DNA of 64,000 nucleotides, taken from assembly GCA_963829055.1 (NCBI GenBank), contig CAWHHI010000010.1, positions 152,207 to 216,206 of the forward strand, given 5' to 3'. Source of the stretch: an uncultured Gemmatimonadaceae bacterium (lineage in GTDB: Bacteria > Gemmatimonadota > Gemmatimonadetes > Gemmatimonadales > Gemmatimonadaceae). The notes under the pieces are model-generated. The model did no database searches, was not told the DNA's origin, and worked only from the letters and a program-made list of their open reading frames with translations. The translations under genes and the position numbers were made by a program. Below, in pieces: positions 22,624 through 32,657 of the stretch (position 1 is the first letter of the stretch; each line of letters opens with the position of its first letter).

Positions 22624-23706
22624 TCAGCCGACGACCTGCGTGAGCACGCGCTGCACGTTGCCGCCCAGCACCTTTGCGACCTCCGCCCGGGTGAACCCCT
22701 TCGCCTGGAGCCCGTTAGCCCAAGAGGTGACCTCCGCATACGTGCTCAACACGGGCTTGAAGTTGCCATCCATGTCAGTCCCCAAGCCAACATGGTCGAT
22801 CCCGACTACATCGATGAGACGCTTGGTATTGTCGACGAATTCGTCGAAGCTGGCGTTGAAGCCGCTCGGCCAGGCTCCGATCACGCCACCCGTCTTTGCT
22901 ACGAGCTTCGCATGCTCCTCGCTGATGGCTCGAGCCGCCAGCGGTCGGCTGTCATCGATCTTCAGAATGCTGTGCGACAGGATGAGCGGCGCGGACGTTT
23001 GAGACGCGACATCCCGCACGGTGTCGAAGGCCGCATGGGCCACATCGAGGACCATGCCCGCTGCCGTCGCTCGCTTGACCACGGCCTTGCCGAGCGGCGA
23101 CAGCCCACCGTGTTGCCGGGGCTGGGTCTGCAGATCCCCGAGGGCGCTGGGTACGTAGTGCACGAGCTGTAGGGAGCGGACACCGTCCGCGTACAGCTGG
23201 TCGATGCGCTCCGGCTTGCCATCCAGGAACTCGCCTCCTTCACAAGCCAGAAACGCGGCTACCTTCTGTTCGCGTTGCGCCCGAAGCAGATCGGATGATC
23301 GCGTCGCCAGGAACGCGGGCGTCGCGGTCAAGAGTTGTCGCAGGATACTCAGCTGCCGGTGGTACTCGCGCGCGGCATCTCCAGCCGCATAGGTGCCGCG
23401 TGGAACGATGCCAGTCGGCGTGCGCTCGATCAGCGGTGCATCGGCCACGAGGCTGAAGAACGCGCCGGTCAGCTTTGCGTCGCGCATACCGGTCACCGTC
23501 TTCAACACGGCCGCGTCGCCCGCGTACTCCGGACGTCCTTTGTCGAAGAAGGCGCCAGGATGCGCGTGCAAGTCGAACGAGACCGGCGCGCCCTGCCCCA
23601 ACGCTTCACCCGCGGCGGCTGCGGCGGGCAGGAGCCTGAGACCCGCGGCGGCCACCAGGCTGTCCTGCAGAAATCGGCGGCGGTTGATCACGATCGTTGC
23701 TGGCAT
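22624..23706 (-). CDS. Membrane dipeptidase (M19), Tat-exported
   Basis: NRRRFLQ; DLHAHP, LACEGG, LQLVHY, LDVAHA, ILSHS, IDHVGLGTDMDG, KVLGGN. Confidence 0.92.
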   Translation of the reverse strand: MPATIVINRRRFLQDSLVAAAGLRLLPAAAAAGEALGQGAPVSFDLHAHPGAFFDKGRPEYAGDAAVLKTVTGMRDAKLTGAFFSLVADAPLIERTPTGIVPRGTYAAGDAAREYHRQLSILRQLLTATPAFLATRSSDLLRAQREQKVAAFLACEGGEFLDGKPERIDQLYADGVRSLQLVHYVPSALGDLQTQPRQHGGLSPLGKAVVKRATAAGMVLDVAHAAFDTVRDVASQTSAPLILSHSILKIDDSRPLAARAISEEHAKLVAKTGGVIGAWPSGFNASFDEFVDNTKRLIDVVGIDHVGLGTDMDGNFKPVLSTYAEVTSWANGLQAKGFTRAEVAKVLGGNVQRVLTQVVG

Positions 23707-23720
23707 TGGGTTGAAGGTGA

Positions 23721-25713
23721 CTAGCGGCTGACTTTCTTGAACACGATGTCGCGTGCCCTGCCGTTGCCGGCCTCGAACCCGGTGACATTGCCTTGCGCAT
23801 CGCGGCGGAAGACGACCTGGCTCACAGGCAATGTCGCGGAGAAGCTGTCCCCGCTGGTGTGCGTCAGCGCGACCGGTCCGAAACGACGGTGCCGGATGAC
23901 GAGTTGCCCGCCCTCGACACTCAGGTCATAGAATGTCTCCAGCTCCTCGCTGAAGTAGCGTCCCGCGTAGTTGGTGAGGTCCACCACCGCCGCTTTTTCT
24001 ACGACGCGTTTTCCCGGGTGCTGGGCGCCGTCCTGCTGGAAGGTGATCCCCTCCACTGCTCCGTCCGCTGCCGTGTTGAACGTGATCTGCGCCGGCGCGC
24101 CGACCACTTCGAAGGTGGTCATGGACGTCGGCCGCAGCGGGAGCGCCGGCTGGCCCGGAAGCTGGAGTCGCAGCTGACCGCCCTGCAGTTCCACAGTCAG
24201 GAGCAGGCCGCCGAGCGTCGTCATCTCGTATTTGCCGGCATAGCGCCGCAGCGTCGCGGCAGGCACGTCGACGCCCGAGGTCGCGCTCGCGGTCGCGGTC
24301 GGGCGCTGGGGCGCGGCCGTCATCTGCTCGCCGAAGAAGGCATCCGCCACCACGTTGGCGATTCCGCCCGGTACGCCCTGGTAGTTGCTGAACACGACGT
24401 AGCCGGCGTCGAGGTCGGGGTAGTACACGAACGTGGAGCTGTGCGCGACATCGTTGCCGCCGTGCTGCCACCGCTGCAGGCCGCGGTTCGTGTCGAGGAA
24501 CACGACCATAGCCGTAGTTCGATGGCTTTCCGTTGTTGAGCACGAACGACGTCGTCATCTCCTTGATGACTGCCGGCCCGCCCAGCTCCCCAGTCTTGAA
24601 ATTGCGCAACCACTTTGCGACGTCGCCCGGCGTCGTGTTGATGCCGCCCGCGCCCTGCGACGCGTGGAGATCGCGCACTTCGCGGAAGCCGCCCTCACCG
24701 GCGATGTACCCGATCGATCGGCCGTGGATGATCTGGCCCGGATTCGCGCGCACCCACGTCTTCGTCATGCCCAGCGGCAGGAACACCTCGTCGCGCATCC
24801 ACTCCGCGAACGGGCGGCCGGTGACTCGCTCCACCACGATGGTCGCCAGGCTGAACGCCGAGTTGTTGTAGTTGAACTCCGCGCCGGGCTCGTTCTGCAG
24901 CGTCGGCTGCCGGTTGATCACCTTGATGACTTCGTCCGGGGCGATGTAATCGCCCTCCAGCACCTGACGTCCCTCGATGATCAGCGTGTTGATGAACTCG
25001 CGGTAGCCGGTGGTGTGCGACAGCAGATGTCGCACGGTGATCTTCTTGCCGAAGTCCTTGAGCTCGGGAATGTGCTTCCGCACGTCGTCGTCCAGCGAGA
25101 GCTTCCCGCGCGACGCCAGCAGGGCGAGTGCGAACCCGGTGAACTGCTTCGACGAGGAACCGATGTTCGTCGGCGTCTCCGGCGTGAACGGCATCCCGTA
25201 CGTCAGGTCCGCGGCGCCATACGCCTTCACGAACGACAGCTTGCCGCCCTTGATCACGCCCACGACGGCTCCCGGCGTGTCCTTGTACAACTGTGCGGCG
25301 GCCTGGTCCACCTTGCCTTCCGGTGTCGTCGCCACCGGCTCGGAACGCGTGAGCTGCACACGCACCGCGCCGCCTTTGCCCGCCGTCGCCGGCGTGACCT
25401 CGATCACGTACCGGCCCGCCGTGTCCGTCGCGAACGCAAACGTCTCCGGGCCGCCTCGCCCGACGCGCGCCGCCCGCTGCACACGCTTGCCTGCCGGGCC
25501 CGTGATCGTCACCGTTGCGTCGACCCCGTCCTGATCCACTCGGCCGGCGACGAAGTGGCTTTTCGGCAAATTCAGTTCGTATCGGAGCGTACCGTCCGCT
25601 GCCAGCGTCGCGCGCACAGGCGTTCCGACCTGCAGCCGCGACGCTTGTTGAGCGTGGACGCCGCTGACGCAGAGGAGAAGGAGCGCGAAACCGCCCGTAA
25701 TGCAGGCTCTCAT
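23721..25713 (-). CDS. Serine hydrolase (beta-lactamase/PBP class C family) with N-terminal PPC-like and C-terminal DUF3471-like domains; frameshift near 24505
   Basis: GSSSKQFT (SxxK), HLLSHTTG, FNYNNS (YxN), WQHGG. Confidence 0.88.
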
Positions 25714-25945
25714 GACTGATCCTTGGAAGGCAGGACCGCCTCCAGGGAGGAGGACGGTGGTGTGATCGTGTACCATTTTGGTATACAGAATAGTCGCCGC
25801 GCAAGGACGGCTGCACCACTTCCGCGCGAGGTGCGGACCACGGTTTGTGCGATGACGATTTCGCAGGGTATTGGTGCGAGTCGCGGCCACCTCGGAAGAG
25901 AGGGGCGGACATCAGCGCTGTTCGTCGTGCACCGGTCGGTGCGCC

Positions 25946-26044
25946 GCCTAACGCCCCAGTTACGCCGCACAGGGGTCATACACGAGTGATGCGAAAGGCA
26001 TCACAATGCAATGAACCCTTTGTCGGCGTCAGCGCTCGTTAGGC
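25946..26044 (-). mobile_element. Integron attC site
   Basis: Minus strand GCCTAAC-GAGCG-CTGACGCCGAC...GCGGCGTAA-CTGGGGC-GTTAGGC: R''/L''/L'/R' boxes with two extrahelical bases. Confidence 0.85.
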
Positions 26045-26117
26045 CGCCCGCGCGGGCATGGCAAGCCGGCAGCATTCATGCTATCGAAGGCCGGCGCCGG
26101 CAGGTGCACGCGGCACA

Positions 26118-26582
26118 TCAGTCCGCGCGCGTGTACGTCAGAGCCAGATCGGGTTCCCACGGCGCACCATTGCGCGACAATTCCCCGCGGCTGACGATCG
26201 TGTGCCGGTCCGCCGCGATCGTGCCGACGAACCGCTGGGAGAAGTCCGGCGCATTGCGCCACCACTGCCATTCATTGGAGTGGATGCGCGTCTCGTACCG
26301 GCGCGAGACGCCACGCTCGTCGAAGTACAACATCGAGCACTCGCTCGTCGTATCGTCGGTACCGAAGATGGCGATACCGCTTGGAATTTCGGGTTCGTCG
26401 ATTCGCGATTCCATGAGCAGGAACGCTCCGCTCGCGATCCAGCTGAACGAGGTGCGGCCGTGAAACGTCTTCCCCGGGGCGAGCGGATGTGTCCCGACCG
26501 TATTCCACGTGCCAACCAGGATGCTAAAGGGCTGAAGCAGCGGATTGGGCTTTGCGGCCTCATTGTCAGCAAACATGGCCAT
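26118..26582 (-). CDS. Cassette-borne hypothetical protein (DUF1579-like beta-barrel)
   Basis: LVGTWNT...MLYFDERGVSR...FSQRFVGT...WEPDLALTYTR; starts about 20 nt after an attC R' and is followed by an attC. Confidence 0.8.
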   Translation of the reverse strand: MAMFADNEAAKPNPLLQPFSILVGTWNTVGTHPLAPGKTFHGRTSFSWIASGAFLLMESRIDEPEIPSGIAIFGTDDTTSECSMLYFDERGVSRRYETRIHSNEWQWWRNAPDFSQRFVGTIAADRHTIVSRGELSRNGAPWEPDLALTYTRAD

Positions 26583-26601
26583 GCGTACTCCGGATGTGGT
26601 G

Positions 26602-26697
26602 GCCTAACGCTGGAGTTCAGCTGCAAGCGCGCAGGGTTGGAGCCATGCTGCCGAGAGGAGCGTCCGCGCGCTCGTCAGCTGCATCGATTCGTTAGCG
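26602..26697 (-). mobile_element. Integron attC site
   Basis: Minus strand CGCTAAC-GAATCG-ATGCAGCTGAC...GCAGCTGAA-CTCCAGC-GTTAGGC. Confidence 0.88.
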
Positions 26698-26734
26698 CGC
26701 TCGACGATGTTTGTCATTCACCCGCGGCGGTCGC

Positions 26735-27096
26735 CTAACTCCACCAGCGGCTCGCCCGCACGAAGGATCTCGACCGCACGACTCCGGCTGCCGTGACGAG
26801 CGCGCGGAGGGCGACGTTCGTCACGTTGCCGGTCGTCACCCAGACGACTTGCGGCGGCGGGCCACGGCGTCCAGCAGATCGACGAAGTCGGCGTCCTTCG
26901 TTACGACGACCGCTCCAGCGGTGCGCGCCGCGTCGAAGATCGCGGCGTCGCTCGCCCCGAGCAGCCCGAGGTCGAACGTGTGCGCCGCCTCGATGCCAGG
27001 GACCTCGCCGCGCCACTTCGCCAGGGCCGGCGGCAGTTGCGCGTCGACCCACACGCGCAGGACCGGCCGCACCGCTCCGCCGCCGGCGCCCGACAC
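26735..27096 (-). CDS. DUF5615/PIN-like (VapC45-type) toxin, frameshifted
   Basis: VWVDAQLPPALA, GASDAAIFDAA, VVVTKDADF, GPPPQVVWVTTGNVTN. Confidence 0.8.
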
Positions 27097-27316
27097 CTAC
27101 GCCGCGACCGTGGGGTGATCCAGGCGCCGAGCGGCGTACTCCAGGGCGGCCGAATGTCCTCCCGCTCGAGGTACGGGAAGTCGGCCAAAATCTGGTCCGG
27201 CGTGTCGCCCGCCGCCAGCAGTTGCAGCACGTCTATCACCCGCGCCGATCCCACGATGCAGGGCGGCCGCCGCACTGCTCAGGGTTGACCGTGATTCGGT
27301 CTAGGAGCGAGGCCAT
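27097..27316 (-). CDS. DUF433 antitoxin (VapB45-type), frameshifted
   Basis: MASLLDRITVNPEQCGGRPCI...RVIDVLQLLAAGDTPDQILADFPYLEREDI...LEYAARRLDHP. Confidence 0.85.
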
Positions 27317-27388
27317 ACGAGGAGTTCGGTCGGGGACACAGGAAGATAGCCCGTCGGGAGCGTGCCTGCAGGCGGGGCTGCGCGGTCG

Positions 27389-27515
27389 CGCTAACGCCAA
27401 GTTCAGCTGCGGAGCGCCCCGGTTGCGGGCGTCGCAGACTCGAATCTCCTACCAAGGCGACCGGCGCACAACCTGATGCCGGTCGCTCCGTCAGAATGCA
27501 ACGCACGCGTTAGGC
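27389..27515 (-). mobile_element. Integron attC site
   Basis: Minus strand GCCTAAC-GCGTGCG-TTGCATTCTGACGGAGCG...CGCTCCGCAGCTGAA-CTTGGC-GTTAGCG. Confidence 0.8.
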
Positions 27516-27529
27516 GGCTGGTCGCAACG

Positions 27530-27860
27530 CTCGTGTGGGGAGCACTGAGTCGCGAACCGTATGCGTACTCCGGGCCATAACGAGTTCCTGCAAACCGCCG
27601 GCCCGCGTCCCGGTCAACCCCGCCTCCCAACCTGGCACCACCACCCCGCGGCCACGACGAAGGTGAATGGTTCTGGCGAGGGGGTGCCGTCACTCGCTCG
27701 CCGTTCGGCAGCCGGGCTTCGAACCGGACGGTCAGCTCACAGGCGGACTGCGCGGCGGGACCGGTGCCTGTCGCTAGGTCGCGATAGTACAGCCGCGGGT
27801 GTACGCGAACTCCTTCGGCGTGACCTCCAGTCGCGCGCCCCGCACGGTTTCACGCCGGGC
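27530..27860 (-). pseudogene. FKBP-type peptidyl-prolyl isomerase remnant (not in ORF track)
   Basis: Manual translation across frameshifts: LYYRDLATGTGPAAQ..ELTVRFEARLPNGERV..EPFTFVV..VVPGWEAGLTGTRAGG..PEYAYG; lacks start and C-terminus. Confidence 0.65.
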
Positions 27861-27866
27861 AGGTGC

Positions 27867-27910
27867 GCGCCAACGAAAGCGCGTCAACGTCCCGTACACG
27901 TTCCGTCAAC
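27867..27910 (-). promoter_or_regulatory. Left copy of 44-bp inverted repeat made of three 11-bp direct units
   Basis: Minus strand GTTGACGGAAC GTGTACGGGAC GTTGACGCGCT TTCGTTGGCGC; 38/44 identical to 29919-29962. Confidence 0.65.
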
Positions 27911-27950
27911 CAGCGTTGAGACCTCTTCGTGACCGGCGCGCGCCGAGGTA

Positions 27951-29103
27951 TTGTGGACGCATGCGGGCGGTGAATCGGTGACCGAGACCTCGGGACGAGT
28001 CGACGGCCCGGCGGCGCTCTTCGGGCGCCGTTGGGCGCACGTCGCGTGGTGGCTGCTCGCGTGGAACGCGGCCGTGCCGATCCGGCTCGTCGGCATGGTC
28101 ATCGATTCCGCGGGCCGCCCCGGCTTCAGAGCGGGAGCGCAGATCGGGGGCCTGATCCTGGATCAGACGTCGTGGGCCGTCGCGACGTACGTGATGTTCC
28201 GTCTCGCGCTCGTGGCCCGTCGGGCGCCGCTGCGACGGGTCGTGACGCTCCTCGGCCTGCTGGCCGTCCCGCTGATGGTGCTCAGGTACTGGGCGACGTC
28301 CTCCATCCTGCAGGCGCTCGGCCGGCCTGCGGTGCCGGTCGGCCGCATGCTCTTGTTCAATGGCCCGTTCTACTTCTTCCTGCTGATGGCCGCGGCGGCG
28401 CTGGGGCTCCTCGTGGTGTACATGCAGCGCGAGCGCGATAACGCCGTCTTTCAAGCGACCCTCCAGGGCGAGCTCGCGTCGGCACGGCTCCAGACACTCC
28501 GGCTTCAGCTCAACCCGCACTTCCTGTTCAACGCGCTGAACTCGATCGCGAGCCTCGTGCACTCCGACGCGTCGAAGGCCGACACCGCGATTGCGGCACT
28601 CTCCTCGTTCCTCCGGGCGTCGCTCTCCGTCACGCGCGGCGAGGAGACGACGCTGGAGAACGAGCTCCGGCTCGTCGACGCCTACCTCGAGATCGAGGTG
28701 CTGCGCTTCGAGTGGCTGACGGTGGATCTCGACGTGCCGGACGCGCTGCGCTCGGCGTGTGTTCCGGCGTTCGTGCTGCAACTGCTCGTGGAGAACGCGA
28801 TCCGCCACGGGTTGGCGCCGCGCCGCACGCCGGGTCGCGTGACGATCGCCGCTCGCCTCGACGGCGATCGGCTGGTGCTCTGCGTGTCCGACGACGGCGT
28901 GGGGTTCGGCGCGCGATCGCAGCGATCCGTCGCTCGGGATCGGGTTGCAGAACGTGCGGGCGCGGCTCGCGCAGCTGCACGGCACCGACGGCCTGCTCGC
29001 GCTCGAGTCGTCGACCCCGCGCGGCACGGTCGCGACGATACGCATCCCGTATCGCGTCTGCCCTTCCGAACCGACGCCGACTTCCGCCGCCGCCGACGCA
29101 TGA
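27951..29103 (+). CDS. LytS/AlgZ-type membrane sensor histidine kinase (frameshift near 28915)
   Basis: TM N-terminus; LQLNPHFLFNALNSI, LQLLVENAIRHG, VSDDGVG; the other frame gives GIGLQNVRARLAQLHG ending TGA 29101-29103. Confidence 0.88.
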
Positions 29104-29894
29104 CTTCCATGCGCGTGTTGATCGTGGACGACGAGCCGCTCGCGAGACAGCGGCTGCGTCACCTCCTCGACGAGATCCCGGGAACGGAGGTCGTCGGCGA
29201 ATGTGGCGACGGCACCGACGCGGCGAAGGCGATCGTCGACCTCGCACCCGACGTCGTCCTCCTCGACGTGCAGATGCGCGAGATGGGAGGCTTCGCACTC
29301 GTCGAGACAATCGGCGCGAACCACATGCCGCCCGTGGTCTTCGTTACCGCGCACGACCAGTTCGCGCTTCGAGCATTCGACGTCAGCGCCGTCGACTACC
29401 TCCTCAAGCCCGTGCAGACGCCGCAGCTCGCGCGCGCGCTGCAACGCGCCGCCGACCGGCGACGGGCGACGGATCCGGCGCTGTACGGCAACCTGCGAGC
29501 GCTGCTGGACACGGTGCGAACGATGCTCGGCGACGCCGCCGCGCCGCCAACGGTAGCGGCGCCCGCGCCAGAGCGTCCGCCGGTGCAGCCCGGCATCGTC
29601 ACGTTCTCCGACGTCGTCGTCGACCTGCGCGCCCACACCGTGCATCGCAACGGCGTCGCCGTCGCCCTGTCTCCCCGCGGCTATGCGCTCCTCGCGACGC
29701 TAGTCGTTAGGCCGGACGAGGTCATCACGCGCGAGCAGCTGCTGCGCGAGATCTGGGGGTATTCCTCGGACGTGATGTCACGCACCGTCGACATGCACAT
29801 CATGGAGCTTCGCCGGAAGCTCGAAGTCGACCCGGCGAACCCGCGCCACTTTCACACCGTGCGGAAGACCGGGTATCGCTTCACGCGAGGATAG
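29100..29894 (+). CDS. Response regulator: LytTR-type receiver fused to OmpR/PhoB winged-helix output
   Basis: ATGA overlap with kinase; VDDEPLAR, LLDVQM, FVTAHDQFALRAFDVSAVDYLLKP; then ITREQLLREIWG...SRTVDMHIMELRRKLE..TVRKTGYRF. Confidence 0.9.
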   Translation: MTSMRVLIVDDEPLARQRLRHLLDEIPGTEVVGECGDGTDAAKAIVDLAPDVVLLDVQMREMGGFALVETIGANHMPPVVFVTAHDQFALRAFDVSAVDYLLKPVQTPQLARALQRAADRRRATDPALYGNLRALLDTVRTMLGDAAAPPTVAAPAPERPPVQPGIVTFSDVVVDLRAHTVHRNGVAVALSPRGYALLATLVVRPDEVITREQLLREIWGYSSDVMSRTVDMHIMELRRKLEVDPANPRHFHTVRKTGYRFTRG

Positions 29895-29918
29895 TCGGCG
29901 ATAGTCGCGGGTTCGAGC

Positions 29919-29962
29919 GTTGACGGAACATGAACGGGACGTTTACACGCGTTCGTTTGCGC
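29919..29962 (+). promoter_or_regulatory. Right copy of 44-bp inverted repeat, upstream of the aldo/keto reductase
   Basis: GTTGACGGAAC ATGAACGGGAC GTTTACACGCG TTCGTTTGCGC. Confidence 0.65.
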
Positions 29963-30033
29963 CGTCCGGCTCTCCGGTTCCACAATGCGTCACAGCATTG
30001 CGTGGTTTCCGGAACCCCGACCCTAACGCCTCA

Positions 30034-31028
30034 ATGGTCAACCGTCGCGAATTCCTCGGCCTCACGCTCGGCGCCGGCGCTACGCTGGCGCTCACGCCGG
30101 AGCTGCTCCGCGCATTCAGACACTCGAGCAGCCGAGTGGAAAGCTCATTCAGCGGGCCATCCCGTCTACCGGCGAGATGCTCCCGGCCGTCGGACTCTCG
30201 TTCAGCAACCACCCGGGGTGCGCGGATCACGCCGCGCTCACGGAGGTCCTGAAGACGTTTGCCGACAGCGGCGGCAGAGTCTTCGACGCGATGCACGTCA
30301 ACCCGGCGTCGGAGCAGTTCCACATCACGGCTGCCACGGAGCTCGGGATTCAGAACAAGCTCTTCTGGTCGACGCGAGGTACTCCCGGCAACGCCGCGCC
30401 GCAGCCCGGCGCCGCCTTCGTGAACGGGCACATCGATTCGTTGTTGGCGAGGATCAAGGCGCCGAGGATCGACCTGGTCATGCTGCCCGTGGCGGCCGAT
30501 CCGACGAACCTCGCCGCCCTGAAGGAGGAGAAGAAGGCGGGGCGCGTTCGGTACATCGGCGTGCAGACGATTTCGGTGAACGTCCAGTCTGCCCAGCTCG
30601 AGGCACTCATGCGCAACGAGCCGATCGACTTCATCGGCGTCGACTACGACGTGAGCAATCGTCGCGTCGAGGACACCATCCTGCCGCTCGCCCAGGAGCG
30701 GAAGATCGGTGTGATGGCGTTCTTCCCCTTCAACAACGCTCGAGGACTCAGTTGCACTGGTGGCACGAGCCTCTTCTCGCGCGTCGCCAACAGGCCCGTT
30801 CCGGAGTGGGCCGCCGATTTCGACGCCAGGACCTGGGCGCAGTTCTTCCTCAAGTACGTCATCAGCCACCCGGCAGTCACCGTGGCGCGTACGGGGACGA
30901 CCAAGGCGACGCACATGGTCGACAACCTCGGCGGCGGCATCGGCCGGCTGCCTAACGGCGCGATGCGGAAGCGGATGGCGGAGTTCATCGATGCACTCCC
31001 ACCCGCGCCTGCGCCGCAGCGTGGGTAA
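30034..31028 (+). CDS. Tat-exported aldo/keto reductase (frameshift near 30120)
   Basis: MVNRREFLG; GEMLPAVGL, GRVRYIGV, ILPLAQERKIGV, TWAQFFLKYVISHPAVT. Confidence 0.85.
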
Positions 31029-31127
31029 GCACGTCCGCCACCGCTGGAACGAAAGTAGCGCCGCGCCTAACGGGCCATCCGACGTACGTGGTGGATCCGG
31101 CATCACTCGATACATGGGGAGGATAGT

Positions 31128-31367
31128 ATGAAGAGCGTCGTGGTCATGCCGCTTCTCGCGGCTGCGCTGTTCGCCGCCGCATGCGGAGGGGACGGCGATC
31201 CGACGGCAGTAGACACGACGGCACGCGTGCGTTTCTTCAACGCGACGACGGGAATGGCGGGCAGTGGTGGTTTCACGACGAACGGACAGTTCGCAACCGG
31301 TTCCGCACTCGCGTTCGGTCAATCCACGCAAGCGTGCGCCACGGTGAATGCCGGCTCGACATCGTAG
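31128..31367 (+). pseudogene. Truncated lipoprotein (DUF4397-like N-terminus)
   Basis: Lipobox FAAAC; ARVRFFNA motif; premature stop after 79 aa. Confidence 0.5.
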
Positions 31368-31499
31368 CGCAGCCACGCTCAACTTGCAGGGTGGCACTGT
31401 CAACACGGTTGCGATCGTTCCGATCGAGTCGGGTGGTTTCCAGCTGATCAACATTCAGCGCTGCTAACGCAGCAAACCGAGGTTCCAATGGTTGGCTGG

Positions 31500-32657
31500 A
31501 TGAAAAGATCGGTCTCGAGCACGTGCCCACGCCGCCGTAGCTCGACGCGGATCGTCGCCGCCCTCGCCCTGGTGGTCTGCGCCGCGTGCGGCGACAGCGG
31601 ACCCGCCGCACCCGCTTCTGAGATATCGGTCGACTCTGCCTTCGTGACCGCGCTCCGCGCGCGACTCGAAGCCGTCACGCAGGCCGGCGAGTTCTCCGGC
31701 GCTGTGCTGGTCATCCGCGACGGGCGCACGCTGTTCGAGGGTGCCTACGGACTCGCCGATCGGGAGCGAGGCGTCCCGAACACGCCGCTCACGCAGTTCC
31801 GCGTCGGGTCGATGAACAAGATGATGACCGCGGTTGCGACGCTGCAGCTCGTGCAGGCCGGGACGCTGCGCCTCGACGCGCCGCTCGGCACGTACTTGCG
31901 AGACTACCCGAACGCGGAGGTCGCGTCGACCGTGACGGCGCACCACCTGCTCACCCACACCGGCGGCACGGGCGACATCTTCGGACCGGAGTTCATGACG
32001 CACCGGTTGGAGCTTCGCACCACGTCGGATTACCTCCGCCTCTACGGCACGCGGGGCACGCAGTTCACGCCGGGGGCGCAGTGGGTGTACAGCAACTACG
32101 GCTTCATACTCCTCGGCGCTCTGATCGAGCAGCTGAGCGGGAATAGCTACTACGACCACGTCGCGGCGCGCGTGCTCGCGCCGGCGGGCATGATGGCCAC
32201 CGGCTTCGCGCCAGAAGACTCGCTCGTGCCCGGGCGGTCGGTCGGCTACACGCGGCTGCTGGTGCCCGGCGCGCTCGTGTCGAACGCGCCGACGCTGCCC
32301 TACCGCGGCACGCCCGCGGGGGGCGGGTACTCCACGGTGGGGGACTTCGCGCGCTTCGCCGTTGCGATTCGGGAGCGCCGACTGCTGGATTCGGCGCACA
32401 CGACGCTGCTCCTCACCGGGAAGGTCGCGGTCGGCCAGGGGGTGCAGTACGCGTACGGGTTCTTCGACCACGTCGTGCGCGGCCGACGATTCGTCGGGCA
32501 CAGCGGAGGTGCGGCGGGGATGAGCGGCGACCTCGAGTTCGAGCCGAACGGCGGGTACGTGATCGTCGTGCTGTCGAACTTCGACTCGGCGGCGACACAG
32601 GTGGCGACCTTCATCCTCGATCGCCTGCCGGCCACGCCCGCGGGAGGCGGCATATGA
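31500..32657 (+). CDS. Serine hydrolase (beta-lactamase family) lipoprotein
   Basis: FRVGSMNK, HLLTHTGG, YSNYGF, VGHSGG. Confidence 0.9.
   Translation: MKRSVSSTCPRRRSSTRIVAALALVVCAACGDSGPAAPASEISVDSAFVTALRARLEAVTQAGEFSGAVLVIRDGRTLFEGAYGLADRERGVPNTPLTQFRVGSMNKMMTAVATLQLVQAGTLRLDAPLGTYLRDYPNAEVASTVTAHHLLTHTGGTGDIFGPEFMTHRLELRTTSDYLRLYGTRGTQFTPGAQWVYSNYGFILLGALIEQLSGNSYYDHVAARVLAPAGMMATGFAPEDSLVPGRSVGYTRLLVPGALVSNAPTLPYRGTPAGGGYSTVGDFARFAVAIRERRLLDSAHTTLLLTGKVAVGQGVQYAYGFFDHVVRGRRFVGHSGGAAGMSGDLEFEPNGGYVIVVLSNFDSAATQVATFILDRLPATPAGGGI

Noticed and set aside
27951..29894. 647-aa kinase-regulator fusion in the ORF track
   Set aside because: A frameshift near 28915 creates it; the other frame restores the GIGLQNVRARL box and a TGA overlapping the regulator ATG
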